Below are positions 1 through 14,429 of a DNA stretch of 64,000 nucleotides, piece by piece (the first letter of the stretch is position 1; each line of letters starts with the position of its first letter). Below the pieces are notes generated by a model. The model searched no databases, had not been told where the DNA came from, and saw only the letters and a list, made by a program, of their open reading frames with translations. The DNA is from Bacteroidia bacterium (GTDB lineage Bacteria; Bacteroidota; Bacteroidia; UBA4408). Position numbers and translations under genes: made by a program. Location of the stretch: NCBI GenBank assembly GCA_043778625.1, contig JAYWFU010000128.1:54528-118527 (forward strand), read 5' to 3'.

Positions 1-345
1 CATCTTTTTGATAGTCTTGCGAATTGTTTGAAAGTTAGTAAGCATTCCGCCTGGCCAACGTTCTGCCACAAATGGCATATTGATAGGTGTTACTTTTTCG
101 GCTAATACTTCTTTAGCTTGCTTTTTGGTAGCAACGAACATGATTTTTTTGCCCGATTTTGCTATTTGTTTTAGTGCGGCAGCAGCTTCCTCTACTTTAA
201 CAAGAGTTTTGTTAAGGTCAATTAAGTGAATACCATTTTTTTCCATAAAGATATATGGAGCCATTGCTGGATTCCATTTTCTTTTTAAGTGTCCAAAATG
301 AGCGCCTGCTTCTAATAATTCGTTGTATGTAGTTCTTGATGACAT
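1..345 (-). CDS. rpsB: 30S ribosomal protein S2 (partial, runs off left edge)
   Basis: Manual translation from ATG at 345: MSSRTTYNELLEAGAHFGHLKRKWNPAMAPYIF...ERWPGGMLTNF; follows rplM-rpsI. Missing from the ORF track because there is no stop in the window. Confidence 0.97.
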   Translation of the reverse strand, partial: MSSRTTYNELLEAGAHFGHLKRKWNPAMAPYIFMEKNGIHLIDLNKTLVKVEEAAAALKQIAKSGKKIMFVATKKQAKEVLAEKVTPINMPFVAERWPGGMLTNFQTIRKTIKKM

Positions 346-365
346 GTTGTATGAATAAGTATAGA

Positions 366-752
366 TTAACGTTTGCTGAATTGGAATCTTTTTCTCGCTC
401 CTGCGCGACCAAATTTCTTACGTTCCACCTCACGAGGATCACGTGTCATTAAACCTTCCTTACGTAAAGCTGGCTTGTTGTTGGCATCTAATTCAACCAA
501 AGCACGAGCTATACCCAAACGTACTGCCTCTGCCTGACCTTTAAAACCTCCACCTTTTACGGTAGCCATTATATCGTATTTTTCAACTGTATCAGTAGTT
601 GTAAATGGTTGGTTAATGATGTAACGTATTGGCTCTGTGGTGAAATATTCTTTCATCTCACGACCATTTACAACAATTTTACCTGTTCCTTTTTTTAAGA
701 AAACGCGTGCAGTTGCAGCTTTACGTCTTCCAATTGTATTAATAACTTCCAT
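366..752 (-). CDS. rpsI: 30S ribosomal protein S9
   Basis: [36 protein letters not shown]...QFSKR motifs. Confidence 0.98.
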   Translation of the reverse strand: MEVINTIGRRKAATARVFLKKGTGKIVVNGREMKEYFTTEPIRYIINQPFTTTDTVEKYDIMATVKGGGFKGQAEAVRLGIARALVELDANNKPALRKEGLMTRDPREVERKKFGRAGARKRFQFSKR

Positions 753-754
753 AC

Positions 755-1216
755 TTATTTAGATGTGCTAGTGGTAAGGTTTAATTTTACTGGCTTTTGT
801 GCTTCGTGCGGGTGGTTTGTACCTGCATATATATGTAAGTTTCCGAACATAACTGCTCCTAATTTGTTTTTAGGCAACATACGCTTAATTGCATATTCTA
901 ACACACGTGTTGGGTGTTTGGCAAACAATTCTTTAGGCGTTGCAAAACGCTGTCCGCCTGGGTAACCAGTATGACGCACATATTGCTTTGTTTCTAATTT
1001 GTTTCCTGTAAAACGCGCCTTCTCTGCATTTACGATAATTACGTAATCACCACAATCAACATGCGGTGTAAAATAAGGCTTAGTCTTACCACGTAATATG
1101 CTAGCTATTTGTGTAGCTAAGCGACCTACGACTTGATTGTCAGCATCTACTAATACCCAGTTTTTAGTAACTGTAGCACTGTTTGCCGAGACTGTTTTGT
1201 AACTTAATGTATCCAC
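755..1216 (-). CDS. rplM: 50S ribosomal protein L13
   Basis: [30 protein letters not shown] motifs; GTG start. Confidence 0.98.
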   Translation of the reverse strand: MDTLSYKTVSANSATVTKNWVLVDADNQVVGRLATQIASILRGKTKPYFTPHVDCGDYVIIVNAEKARFTGNKLETKQYVRHTGYPGGQRFATPKELFAKHPTRVLEYAIKRMLPKNKLGAVMFGNLHIYAGTNHPHEAQKPVKLNLTTSTSK

Positions 1217-1262
1217 TTTATTTAATTAAAAATTGTTATTCTCTATCTTATAATAGAGTGTA

Positions 1263-1270
1263 CAAATATA
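1263..1270 (-). promoter_or_regulatory. Bacteroidota sigma-70 -7 box (TATATTTG) upstream of rplM
   Basis: Matches the TAnnTTTG consensus, about 47 nt upstream of the rplM start. Confidence 0.6.
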
Positions 1271-1466
1271 ATTTTTATTTTACTTAACACAACATTTTTA
1301 ATATCTTTTTTATTAAAAGCAGTTAGTTAATTATACTATATACAAAAAATACTGAGTAAGACTTAGCACTAGTGTTATTTTACGCACAATAAAATTAGCA
1401 TTACAATGTACCTTACTAGCAACTACACACCATATTAAGTTTAGTATGCCTTGATATGTATAGCCT

Positions 1467-2426
1467 TTAAAAATGTGGACAATCTACAGGTATCATTTTT
1501 TTGGCGGTATTAACCAACTTAAATCCTAACATAACCTCGTGGCTACCGCTTGTGTAAGGTTTTATAGCACCTGTATGGTAGTTGTAAGCATAGGCAATAT
1601 TTAATTGTTTTACAATTTGAATATTAAGCAAGCCTATGTAAGTACCCATTGTACGATACGAAGCTCCAATGCCTATTTTGTTATTAATCATAAATTGTAC
1701 GTTAGCATCTACTTGCAAGGGTGCACCTGCTACTTGCTTTACCAATACCGACGGCATAAATTTGAGGTTAGCTCCTATGTTTTTTTGCCAACCGCTGTGC
1801 ACAAAAAAATGTAATTGGTTATAATCAAATGAGGTGCTTGCACTGTATTTATTAATGCTTGATGCCGTGTATTTATTAGCTAATAAATTAGGAATACCTA
1901 AGCCAAGATAAAAATTATCAGTAAAATAATAAGCTCCAAATTTAAAATTAGGGGTAAACTGCGTGGCTACATCGCCGTTGAGCAATGGGTCGTTAGCATC
2001 TTTAACAGGTATAGCTGATAAGTTGGCTGAATACAGGTTAGCCATTGCCCCCAAGCCAAAGGATATAAAATTTTTGTAACTTAGTCTTACGCGATAGGCA
2101 TAGTTTAAGGTTAATTGAGTATTTTTAGTATAACCAAATTGGTCGTCCACTACGTTTACACCTATGGCGCTGTTAGTTTTGCCAATGGGCATGTTTACGT
2201 CCAGTGCTTTTATGGTAGGTGCTTTATCAATACCTACCCATTGTTTTTTGAACAATAAAGCTCCATTAACATAGCCATAGCTACCAATAGCGGCAGGATT
2301 TATAAACGATTGTTGCAACATGTACAACGAGTAGTGAGGCGTGTTTTGTGCGCATACTATTCCTCCGTAACTCAACGTTAATAATAAATATAACGTTTTT
2401 AAGTAGATTGATTTAAAAAGCTTCAT
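1467..2426 (-). CDS. PorP/SprF family type IX secretion system outer-membrane protein
   Basis: Signal peptide, YSLYM...INPAAIG, KQWVGI..AP, SGSHEVMLGF motifs; lies directly downstream of a type B CTD cargo gene, the usual arrangement. Confidence 0.9.
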   Translation of the reverse strand: MKLFKSIYLKTLYLLLTLSYGGIVCAQNTPHYSLYMLQQSFINPAAIGSYGYVNGALLFKKQWVGIDKAPTIKALDVNMPIGKTNSAIGVNVVDDQFGYTKNTQLTLNYAYRVRLSYKNFISFGLGAMANLYSANLSAIPVKDANDPLLNGDVATQFTPNFKFGAYYFTDNFYLGLGIPNLLANKYTASSINKYSASTSFDYNQLHFFVHSGWQKNIGANLKFMPSVLVKQVAGAPLQVDANVQFMINNKIGIGASYRTMGTYIGLLNIQIVKQLNIAYAYNYHTGAIKPYTSGSHEVMLGFKLVNTAKKMIPVDCPHF

Positions 2427-2459
2427 AACAAGTAAATGGGGTAAAATAAATTAAATAAG

Positions 2460-5756
<3,297 letters not shown>

Positions 5757-5762
5757 AGTATA

Positions 5763-6185
5763 CTATTTTAATTTAGTTAATGTAATAAACGTTTGTTGCG
5801 GAGCTTGATAATTACTAATAATAGCGAGGTTTGTGGCAGATATATATTGTGCTACAAAATCAAATTTATGGCGTTCAATACCCTCTACAAAAGTTAATAT
5901 TCCGTTAGTTAGTTGCCAAGTTCCGTTGTATGAATTTTCTCCGTAGGTCATTATACATACAGCATCAGGCTTAAATGTGTAGGTAACTTTAGGATTTTGC
6001 TTGCGTTCGGTATAAGTACCATCATCATTTTGACGATTGGTTTTAACTATTTCCCACGAAGTATTAATTAATTTTTGAGTACTAACAATAGTATCGGTTT
6101 GGGCGGTAATGTTGGTGGTAGTTTGCGCTACGAGTGGTATATTTATGGCTACAATTGCAAATAAAATAAGTAATAGTAATTTCAT
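5763..6185 (-). CDS. Secreted lipocalin-like domain protein
   Basis: Signal peptide; KLINTSWEI and YTFKPDA...GTWQL patterns typical of bacterial lipocalin-like folds. Confidence 0.55.
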   Translation of the reverse strand: MKLLLLILFAIVAINIPLVAQTTTNITAQTDTIVSTQKLINTSWEIVKTNRQNDDGTYTERKQNPKVTYTFKPDAVCIMTYGENSYNGTWQLTNGILTFVEGIERHKFDFVAQYISATNLAIISNYQAPQQTFITLTKLK

Positions 6186-6279
6186 AGTTAATTAGTTTTA
6201 GTTAATTATTAATTTAACTAAGATAATTGTTTTATTTACTTTTAATACACTAAAACTAATTTTTAATTAAAATGAACTA

Positions 6280-7257
6280 TTACAATGCCAATACATCAAT
6301 CATTTTAAGTAAATCAGTATCCAAATTATTAATGTGTTTTATGGCTTGGGCAAATGGCGTATATTGTATTTTGTTATGCACAACACCTACCATAAAACCG
6401 TGCTTATGCTCCACTAATGCGTTTACGGCGGCGTACCCCATACGGCTTGCTAATACCCTGTCCATGGCACTTGGCGCGCCTCCACGTTGTATGTGCCCTA
6501 GTACACTTACACGTATATCAAAATTGGGTAATTGTGGTTTTATACGGTTTACTAAGGCATAAGCTCCACCCTCCTCTTCGCCCTCAGCAACAATAACTAT
6601 ACTGCTTGATTTTTTGCGACGGCGATCACTGGTTAATTTTTCTATTAGTTTGTTTAGTTCAGTGGGAGTTTCGGGTATTAATATAGCCTCTGCCCCTACC
6701 CCAATTCCGCTACGCAATGCTATTAAGCCTGCATCACGCCCCATAACCTCTACAAAAAACAAACGGTCGTGGCTTGCGGCGGTATCTCTAATTCTGTCCA
6801 CAGCTTCTACCACAATATTTATAGCAGTATCGTACCCTATGGTAAAATCAGTGCCTACTAAATCGTTGTCAATAGTGCCAGGTAGCCCTATAATGGGGTA
6901 GTTGTAACGTGTGCCAAATTCGTGTGCGCCTTTAAATGTACCATCGCCCCCTATTACAATAAGCGCATCAATGTTGTGCTGTTGCAAATTAGTATGCGCT
7001 TGTTGCATACCTTGGGTAGTCATAAAGCCCATGCTACGTGCGGTTTTGAGTATAGTGCCACCACGCTGTATAATGTTACCCACATTGGCGGTAGTAATTA
7101 GGCTTATTTCGTTATTTATTAATCCGTCGTAGCCGTGCATTACTCCGTATACTGCTATGTTATTAAAAGCGGCGGTGCGCACTACTGCTCTAATGGCGGC
7201 ATTCATGCCTGGCGAATCTCCACCTGAAGTAAGTACGGCTATGTTTTTTATGTTCAT
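6280..7257 (-). CDS. pfkA: ATP-dependent 6-phosphofructokinase
   Basis: LTSGGDSPGMNAAIRA, GGDGT, PGTIDND, EVMGRDAG, LGHIQRGG. Confidence 0.97.
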   Translation of the reverse strand: MNIKNIAVLTSGGDSPGMNAAIRAVVRTAAFNNIAVYGVMHGYDGLINNEISLITTANVGNIIQRGGTILKTARSMGFMTTQGMQQAHTNLQQHNIDALIVIGGDGTFKGAHEFGTRYNYPIIGLPGTIDNDLVGTDFTIGYDTAINIVVEAVDRIRDTAASHDRLFFVEVMGRDAGLIALRSGIGVGAEAILIPETPTELNKLIEKLTSDRRRKKSSSIVIVAEGEEEGGAYALVNRIKPQLPNFDIRVSVLGHIQRGGAPSAMDRVLASRMGYAAVNALVEHKHGFMVGVVHNKIQYTPFAQAIKHINNLDTDLLKMIDVLAL

Positions 7258-7279
7258 TTTTTTACGTATGTATTAAGTT

Positions 7280-9295
7280 TTATTGTATTAACTTCATTAA
7301 TTCCTCCTCGCTAATAATAGGTACACCAAGGCTTTCGGCTTTTTTTAGTTTTTCGGGTCCCATATTATCTCCTGCTACTACATAACTTGTTTTGCCTGAA
7401 ATACTACCAGATACCTTGCCTCCGTTTTGCTCAATGAGCTGCTTAATAGCATCTCGCTCTATAGTAAACACGCCTGACACTACTAATGTTTTACCACTTA
7501 ACTTATCCGTTTTAGTGGCTAATACGTTTTCGTTTAACGTAAATTGTAACCCCGCATTAACTAAACGTTGTAACAGTTGTTGGTTGTGCAAATTGTCAAA
7601 AAATGCACGTACACTTACCGCTATTTTAGCACCTACTTCGCTTACTTGCGTAAGCTCTTCAAGCGAGGCTTGTTGTAACTTATCTAATGTATGAAAATAA
7701 TGTGCTAGTTTCTTGGCCGTGTTTTCGCCCACGTGCCTAATACCAATAGCGTATAGCACCCGTTCAAACGGTACTTGCTTACTTGCTTTAATTCCTGCTA
7801 ATAAATTATCAACTGTTTTTTGTCCAAAGCGCTCAATGGCAAGCAGCTGCTCAGGTTTCAAATCGTAAATGTCAGCATAATTATGTAGTAGTTTTTGTTC
7901 AAATAATGTTTCGATAGATTCTTCGCCAAGTCCGTCAATGTTCATCATTCTACGGCTTACAAAATGATTCATTTTACCCTTAATTTGTGGGGCGCAATGG
8001 TCTTCGTTTAAGCAATAATGATTAGCCTCTCCCTCAGGGCGCACTAATACACTATTACACTCAGGGCAATTATGAATAAACGGTATGGGCTGTGCATTAG
8101 CGTTACGGCGCAATAAGTCCACCCCCATAATTTTTGGAATAATTTCGCCTCCTTTTTCTACATACACATAATCGTTAATATGTAGGTCGAGTTCCGTCAT
8201 AAAATCGTCGTTGTGTAATGTAGCACGTCGCACTGTTGAACCGCTTATTAATGCTGGAGCTAGGTTAGCCACAGGTGTTACATTGCCCGTGCGCCCTACT
8301 TGATACGTTACGCTTAATAATTGTGTGGATACCTGTTGTGGTTTAAATTTGTAAGACGTAGCCCAACGTGGGTTTTTGGACGTAAAACCTAGTGCTTTTT
8401 GTTGCGCAATACTATTTACTTTTATTACAATACCATCAATATCAAACGGTAAGTTGTTACGCTCCGTGTCCCAATGGTGTATAAATTCAAGTACTTGGTG
8501 TATAGTAGCACATTTTTTATAATAGTTACCTACCTTAAACCCCCAGCTGTTGGCGGCTTGCAGGCTTTGTTCGTGTGTGGTATAACTATTTTGGTTAGTG
8601 TACACAAAGTACAAGAAGCAATCTAACTTGCGCTTTGCCACCAGTGATGCATCTTGCATTTTGAGCGAACCACTTGCCGCATTGCGAGGATTCGCCATTA
8701 GGACCTCACCTTCTACTTCTCGCGCTGCATTTAACTGTTTAAACACTTGATGCGGCATAAATATTTCGCCCCGTATTTCAAACTCATTGGGGTAGTTGCC
8801 TTGGGTAAGTTGTAGCGGAATGGTTTTAATAGTTTTTACGTTGTTGGTTACATCGTCGCCCTGCGTGCCATCGCCACGTGTTACAGCTTGGTATAGCTCG
8901 CCATTGCGGTATTTAATGCCTATGGCCACCCCATCGTATTTAAGTTCGCACACGTATTCGTAATCGGCGGTGAGCAATCCTTTTTTTACACGTTCGTCAA
9001 AGGCTAGTAAATCTTCTTCAGAATAAGTATTGCTTAACGATAGCATAGGATGCTGGTGCACAACAGTATTAAAAGCCTTGGTAATACTGCCTCCTACACG
9101 TTGCGTGGGCGACGATGGTAGCTTGTACTGCGGATATTGTTCCTCTAGCGTAATAAGTTCGTGGAGCAAAGCGTCAAATTCATAATCAGTTATTGTTGAG
9201 GCGGATAATTGATAGTAAGTATGATTATGCTGGTGTAATAGCGTTGATAATGCTTGTATGCGAGCTTGTGCTATGGGGTTGAATGTGGTATTCAT
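7280..9295 (-). CDS. ligA: NAD-dependent DNA ligase
   Basis: ELKYDG adenylation motif, TRGDG, NPRNAASGSLK, Zn finger, HhH and BRCT. Start placed at ATG 9295 because a TATTTTTG -7 box at 9319-9326 lies inside the longer ORF. Confidence 0.97.
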   Translation of the reverse strand: MNTTFNPIAQARIQALSTLLHQHNHTYYQLSASTITDYEFDALLHELITLEEQYPQYKLPSSPTQRVGGSITKAFNTVVHQHPMLSLSNTYSEEDLLAFDERVKKGLLTADYEYVCELKYDGVAIGIKYRNGELYQAVTRGDGTQGDDVTNNVKTIKTIPLQLTQGNYPNEFEIRGEIFMPHQVFKQLNAAREVEGEVLMANPRNAASGSLKMQDASLVAKRKLDCFLYFVYTNQNSYTTHEQSLQAANSWGFKVGNYYKKCATIHQVLEFIHHWDTERNNLPFDIDGIVIKVNSIAQQKALGFTSKNPRWATSYKFKPQQVSTQLLSVTYQVGRTGNVTPVANLAPALISGSTVRRATLHNDDFMTELDLHINDYVYVEKGGEIIPKIMGVDLLRRNANAQPIPFIHNCPECNSVLVRPEGEANHYCLNEDHCAPQIKGKMNHFVSRRMMNIDGLGEESIETLFEQKLLHNYADIYDLKPEQLLAIERFGQKTVDNLLAGIKASKQVPFERVLYAIGIRHVGENTAKKLAHYFHTLDKLQQASLEELTQVSEVGAKIAVSVRAFFDNLHNQQLLQRLVNAGLQFTLNENVLATKTDKLSGKTLVVSGVFTIERDAIKQLIEQNGGKVSGSISGKTSYVVAGDNMGPEKLKKAESLGVPIISEEELMKLIQ

Positions 9296-9408
9296 TTTTG
9301 AATAATTATAATATTGTACAAAAATAACAAACCCTACCATACTATGCGGCTAAGTCAAAATAATTGTAGTTGATTTTTAATTACTTTTGAATTAAAATCT
9401 ATATCGAA

Positions 9409-9897
9409 ATGAATAATATATTCAACAACACTTACCTAAATACACTGTGGTTTTTAGTAATTAATAGTGTTAATGTTTATGTAATAGATCCTTATTTTCC
9501 TTATCTGTCAACTATTTTGGCAATAGTTTTAAATGTAGGATTAATGTATTTAATAGCTAAGCAAACATCAAAAACTAGTACAACAAAAAAAGAAATTTTT
9601 AACGAGCTGGTGCTAATTGGTTGCGCTGGTGCAGCACTATTTGCAGTAATGAGATATGTTGTATTAGAAATTAATCCTGCTGAAATTGAAAGAGTATTGG
9701 CGTTACTAAAAAGCGAAATGACTAAAAAAGAAGTTGATCCCGAAGTTATTGCAAGTACTTTAGCTCAATCAAAAAAAATAATGCCCCCTTTTATAGGTGC
9801 AATAACAATCTTAATAAGCTATGGTATTAGTGCACCAATTAACGCATTTATATCTAGCAAACTATTTTCAGCAAAAAAAAGCAATGCGCAATCGTGA
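9409..9897 (+). CDS. Membrane protein, DUF4199-like
   Basis: Four hydrophobic segments with a soluble loop; TACTTTTG -7 box at 9382-9389. Confidence 0.5.
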   Translation: MNNIFNNTYLNTLWFLVINSVNVYVIDPYFPYLSTILAIVLNVGLMYLIAKQTSKTSTTKKEIFNELVLIGCAGAALFAVMRYVVLEINPAEIERVLALLKSEMTKKEVDPEVIASTLAQSKKIMPPFIGAITILISYGISAPINAFISSKLFSAKKSNAQS

Positions 9898-10267
9898 TGT
9901 ATTTATGGACGAAATTGAGCGGTTGTCTACCGTAATAGCCAAGCTATTATTACAAAAAAGTAACCTACCAAAGCTTGCATTAGTTATAGAAATTAATACC
10001 GCCTACACTAATTTATTTGACCTTAATAGCAAAGAAATTTCGCTAACTAACCCTAAAATAATAGCGCTACTTACACTTGAAGGAGACTCTAAATTAAACG
10101 AACATAAAATTAATACCTTAATCGAATTAATTGAACTTGACGTTGCCTCCAATGGGTTAACCCATGCCAAGCAAGAAGTGCTATTTGCCTTAGTTAAAAA
10201 AACTATTGCGATAGGCAAAACCTACTCCATTGAACTCAACAATAAATTAATGAAGTACCACCTATGA
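9884..10267 (+). CDS. Hypothetical protein
   Basis: Likely start MRNRDVFMDEIERL at 9884; overlaps both neighbours as in an operon. Confidence 0.6.
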   Translation: MRNRDVFMDEIERLSTVIAKLLLQKSNLPKLALVIEINTAYTNLFDLNSKEISLTNPKIIALLTLEGDSKLNEHKINTLIELIELDVASNGLTHAKQEVLFALVKKTIAIGKTYSIELNNKLMKYHL

Positions 10268-10608
10268 TTAACAATTATATAATTTTGTACGATGGCAAGT
10301 GTAAATTTTGTACCGCAGCTGCTCAATTTGCATTAGCGCATAGTAGCTCAACAACACTTGAAATAATTGCCGTGCAAGAGTCTTCGGCACGTGTATTATT
10401 GCGCACACGAGCAATTCAATTCGTTGATTTAAACACCATCTATTTCGTTACTCCCACTGCTGTTTTGGTAAAATCTAACGCAATATTTGCTATTTGTGCA
10501 CAACTAAAAGCACCTTATAAATGGCTAAGAATGTTGGTAATATTACCCACTTGGCTTACTGACAGGGTATATGATTTTATTGCTAGAAATAGATATCGAT
10601 TAAATTAA
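10264..10608 (+). CDS. DCC1-like thiol-disulfide oxidoreductase family protein (DUF393)
   Basis: LYDGKCKFC (DxxCxxC) and YDFIARNRY motifs. Confidence 0.9.
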   Translation: MINNYIILYDGKCKFCTAAAQFALAHSSSTTLEIIAVQESSARVLLRTRAIQFVDLNTIYFVTPTAVLVKSNAIFAICAQLKAPYKWLRMLVILPTWLTDRVYDFIARNRYRLN

Positions 10609-10697
10609 GTCAGTATTAAATATTTATTTATATACGAAGGTATTAAATGCTGAGGATACTTAAACATTTAAAAAACTTAGATGCGACTTATAATTTT

Positions 10698-12560
10698 TCA
10701 AATATTTTTATTGTACCAGTACTGAAACACCAACAGCGCCCATAACTTAGCAGGAGCATCGGCAGGAGCGTTTGATAATAGTTGTAGGCGGAGGTTTTCT
10801 ATTTCGGAATAATTAAAAACATGTTGTGCTTCGATGTTTTTTTTGCTCAACAAATCATCAAACAATAATGAGTACAAATCGTTGCGTAACCATTGTTGCA
10901 AGGGTACTTCAAAGCCACGCTTACTACGGTTTTTAACAGCATCGGGCAACAAATAATCAAAGGTATTTATCAGTATTTTTTTGCGTTGTGAGGCATCAAT
11001 TTTATAGCTGCTTGGTAAGGCGCACACATAATTTACCACATTTACATCTAAAAACGGGTTGCGTACCTCTAAACTATTTGCAGCGCTCATTCTATCTACT
11101 TTGGTAAGCATATCGCCCTCTAATACTAGGCTTAAATCGTTGTTGAGTACTGAGTTAAAATCGTAAGTAACACTGTATAGCCCAGCGTTGTTGATAGGCG
11201 CAGCGTGTTTTAATAAACGGCACGTATAATTATTTTGCCCAAAACCTGCTAATTCCCAATAGCGTTCGGTAGGGCTTAGTTGTAGGCTTTGTGCGTATTT
11301 TTTTAGTTTGCGTGCTGTATCAACTACTTTGCTCGCACGCGATTCGGGCAAGTACTTTAGTAGCGGATAACTATGTTTGAGTACTGTATTAAGCATCGAA
11401 TTTTGCTGCGCACGTAACATGGCGGCATGTTTATTATAGCCGCCCAACAGTTCGTCGGCACCATCGCCACTAAGTGCTACTGTTACGTGCTTGGCGGTGT
11501 ATTTACTAAGTATGTACACGTTTAATGCACTAGAGTCCGCAAAGGGTTCGTCCATATAATCGAGCATATTAAACAGCTCGTTATACATATCATTATTAGT
11601 AAGTTGTATACTATGGTGGCGTGTATTGTGGTGCTTACTTACAGCTTCGGCAAAGCGAGTTTCGTCGTAATGTGAGTTATCTTTAAACCCTATCGAAAAC
11701 GTATTTAATTGTGTAATATGTTGCGCCGCAATACCTGTAATAACTGACGAGTCTATACCTCCACTCAAAAAACAACCTAGTTCAACATCGCCCACAAGCC
11801 TTGTTGTTACTGCATTTTGGAGCAAGGTTTTAAAATTACTTTTAGCAGCGTCATAACTTGGAGCTGAGGCACTAGTAGTTGGTAATGTATAATACGTATG
11901 TTGAGTAGTAGCTAATGTGTTAGTGTTAATACTTAAATAGGTAGCTGGCGCAAGGCGTGTAATATGGTTAAAAAATGAAATGGTGTGTGGTAAATAATTC
12001 AAATGAAAATAAGTGCTTAGTGCATCAGCATTCAAGCTATAATTGCAACCAGCATCACGTAAGGCTTTGGGTTCGGAGGCAAAGGCCACAACTCCCTCGT
12101 GCGTGTATACATACAATGGCTTAACGCCGTATCTATCGCGGGCTATGAGCATAGTGTGTGTGTGGCTATCGTAAAAAGCAAATGCAAAAAAACCATTTAA
12201 ACTGTTTAAACACTCAGCCCCTTGCTGTATTAATAAATAATACAATACCTCTGTATCGCTTTGTGTGCTAAGGTTTATACCACTTGCTATAAGTGGTGTG
12301 CGTAATTGTTTGTAATTAAATATTTCGCCATTGAATATTAAGTAATAGCGTTGTTCGACATTAGTAAATGGTTGGTTGGCACCTGCTGTGGTATCAATAA
12401 CAGCAAGACGTGCGTGCCCAAGCGTACAATTATTAACCTGTACAAACTGTTGATGGTTAGGTCCACGTAAGTGTAAAGCTTTTAACGCACGTTGTGCAGC
12501 GTCAGCACTTAGTATGGGTGCTATTGTGGTGGTACTAATTGCTCCAAATATTCCGCACAC
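10698..12560 (-). CDS. asnB: Asparagine synthase (glutamine-hydrolyzing)
   Basis: MCGI N-terminus, HARLAVID, FNGEIFN, RDRYGVKPLY, LSGGIDSS, SGDGADEL. Confidence 0.93.
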   Translation of the reverse strand: MCGIFGAISTTTIAPILSADAAQRALKALHLRGPNHQQFVQVNNCTLGHARLAVIDTTAGANQPFTNVEQRYYLIFNGEIFNYKQLRTPLIASGINLSTQSDTEVLYYLLIQQGAECLNSLNGFFAFAFYDSHTHTMLIARDRYGVKPLYVYTHEGVVAFASEPKALRDAGCNYSLNADALSTYFHLNYLPHTISFFNHITRLAPATYLSINTNTLATTQHTYYTLPTTSASAPSYDAAKSNFKTLLQNAVTTRLVGDVELGCFLSGGIDSSVITGIAAQHITQLNTFSIGFKDNSHYDETRFAEAVSKHHNTRHHSIQLTNNDMYNELFNMLDYMDEPFADSSALNVYILSKYTAKHVTVALSGDGADELLGGYNKHAAMLRAQQNSMLNTVLKHSYPLLKYLPESRASKVVDTARKLKKYAQSLQLSPTERYWELAGFGQNNYTCRLLKHAAPINNAGLYSVTYDFNSVLNNDLSLVLEGDMLTKVDRMSAANSLEVRNPFLDVNVVNYVCALPSSYKIDASQRKKILINTFDYLLPDAVKNRSKRGFEVPLQQWLRNDLYSLLFDDLLSKKNIEAQHVFNYSEIENLRLQLLSNAPADAPAKLWALLVFQYWYNKNI

Positions 12561-12573
12561 GTTAATTATGGTT

Positions 12574-13704
12574 TTATAAATTAATTAAATCAGCAGCTTC
12601 CTTAGCCGTTAAGCTACCTAGTGCAACGCCCATACCCCCCATGCGAACCGCACAATACACGCTGGGGCTTAGCTGTTGTACTATAGGGTTTTTAGTTTCG
12701 CCAAACGCCATAATACCACTCCAATTATAATCAATAGTATAGGGAGTATTGGGTAGTATTAGTGTGTTTAATAAATTAATTAAATAGGCCTGTATGTCGG
12801 GCGTGGTACCAAAATCGGTGGTGGTTTCGGTTTCAAAATTTACGTTGCGTCCTCCGCCTAATAACACTCTGCCGTCAATGTTTCTAAAATACACATAGCC
12901 ATCGTTGTAATGAAAACAACCCTTCCAAGGCAAATTATCAATTACATTGGTTACCATTACTTGCCCTCTGCCAGGTGTTACGTCAAGTGCTGGTAGTAGT
13001 GTTTTAGCAAAAGCATTATTGGTAACAATTACTTTTTTGGCAGTTATTGTATAGCTCTCTTTACTTACTGCCACGCAGTGTGTACCTTGTTCGTGTAGGT
13101 GTTGTACGTCCAACCCATTGTAGGTGGTTATGCCCAATGCTATTAATTTAGCTTGTAAAGCAAGGGTTAATTTGCCAGAATTTAATTGCCCCTCTAGTTT
13201 ATTTTTAATACTTAATGTACTCCTCATTTTCCATGCGGCAGCATTATCTTCCACACTATACACATTGGCTACACCAAAGGCGTGCTGTGCCATAGCGTTA
13301 AAGTGGGCAATGTTATCGCAACACAAATTATACGATGCTTGGTTGGTAAATAGTTCGTAGCCACCGTGTTCGTGGTAATCTATAACATCGTCAGCCACTA
13401 TGGTACGTAGGCGTTGTAAGCCTTGATAACGCTTGGTTAGCAGTTCTTCAACGGCTTTATTAGAGCTTGTTTTGGCATCGCTAATTAGCTCGCTAATGCT
13501 ACCAAAGCAAGCAAACCCCGCATTGCGTGTAGTTGCACCTTGCGGTATAAAACCTCGCTCGGCTATGGCTATGTGTAACGCCTTGTTTTTTTGCTTGAGT
13601 TCAATGGCGGTAAGCATACCTACAATACCTCCACCAATTATAAGTACGTCAATATTGTTAATTAAAAAGTTTTGCTCCCAATAGCTAAATGACGTTGCAC
13701 TCAT
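12574..13704 (-). CDS. FAD-dependent oxidoreductase (DAO family)
   Basis: IIGGGIVG Rossmann motif, GATTRNAGF, WSGIM, GGMGVALG. Confidence 0.88.
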   Translation of the reverse strand: MSATSFSYWEQNFLINNIDVLIIGGGIVGMLTAIELKQKNKALHIAIAERGFIPQGATTRNAGFACFGSISELISDAKTSSNKAVEELLTKRYQGLQRLRTIVADDVIDYHEHGGYELFTNQASYNLCCDNIAHFNAMAQHAFGVANVYSVEDNAAAWKMRSTLSIKNKLEGQLNSGKLTLALQAKLIALGITTYNGLDVQHLHEQGTHCVAVSKESYTITAKKVIVTNNAFAKTLLPALDVTPGRGQVMVTNVIDNLPWKGCFHYNDGYVYFRNIDGRVLLGGGRNVNFETETTTDFGTTPDIQAYLINLLNTLILPNTPYTIDYNWSGIMAFGETKNPIVQQLSPSVYCAVRMGGMGVALGSLTAKEAADLINL

Positions 13705-13736
13705 TACAAATTACTAAAAATAAATTTCATGACCAC

Positions 13737-14429
13737 TTATTTTTTAGCTAAAGCATACGATGCCGCCAATACTTTTACTTCGTCCATTAGTCTGTTATTT
13801 TCAGCAGGCTTGTCGCCGTTGTAATAGCCACGTATACAACCCTCTCTATCCACTAATATAGTTTTGGTGCTGTGTACAAAATTAGTATCTCGCATTAGTG
13901 TATCATTTTGCATCAACAAAAAATAGTTACGGGCTAAATCGTTAGCATTAGTACTTAACGGTTGTGCCAGTATCCACCACGATTTGTCGTTATGCGCTCT
14001 GTTACTATATTCAGTAAGTGCTTGTGGCGTATCCTCAGTGCGGAGGCTAATACTTAGTTGTTTTACAATTTTTAGGTAATGTAGTTTTTCTTGCATACGT
14101 AGCATTTCCGATGCCTTGCGAATACAATCGGTCTTGCATTGCGTGTAAAAAAAATTAACTAAATAAATATTGCCTTGCATTTCTCGGCTGTCTAACAAGC
14201 CGTTTTCTTGGTTAGTAAGCTGAAACGGAGGAATGGTATAATACACCGTATCTCCTTTGTTATTAAGCGTTTTAGGGCCATAGTAAGGTAACGATTTGAA
14301 TATACTCGCATCTCTATTAACGATAGGCGTGCGTATTACTACGTAGTAAAATACAAACGAAAACAGCGGCGGCACAATAAACATTACGAATATGAATAAT
14401 GATTTTTTGATGGTTGACAACTTGCTCAT
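13737..14429 (-). CDS. SCO family protein
   Basis: N-terminal TM, NFFYTQCKTDC (CxxxC), HS...LVD..G.IRGYY. Confidence 0.88.
   Translation of the reverse strand: MSKLSTIKKSLFIFVMFIVPPLFSFVFYYVVIRTPIVNRDASIFKSLPYYGPKTLNNKGDTVYYTIPPFQLTNQENGLLDSREMQGNIYLVNFFYTQCKTDCIRKASEMLRMQEKLHYLKIVKQLSISLRTEDTPQALTEYSNRAHNDKSWWILAQPLSTNANDLARNYFLLMQNDTLMRDTNFVHSTKTILVDREGCIRGYYNGDKPAENNRLMDEVKVLAASYALAKK

Noticed and set aside
218-442. 74-aa ORF on the - strand
   Set aside because: Off-frame overlap of rpsI and rpsB; the real gene here is rpsB starting at 345
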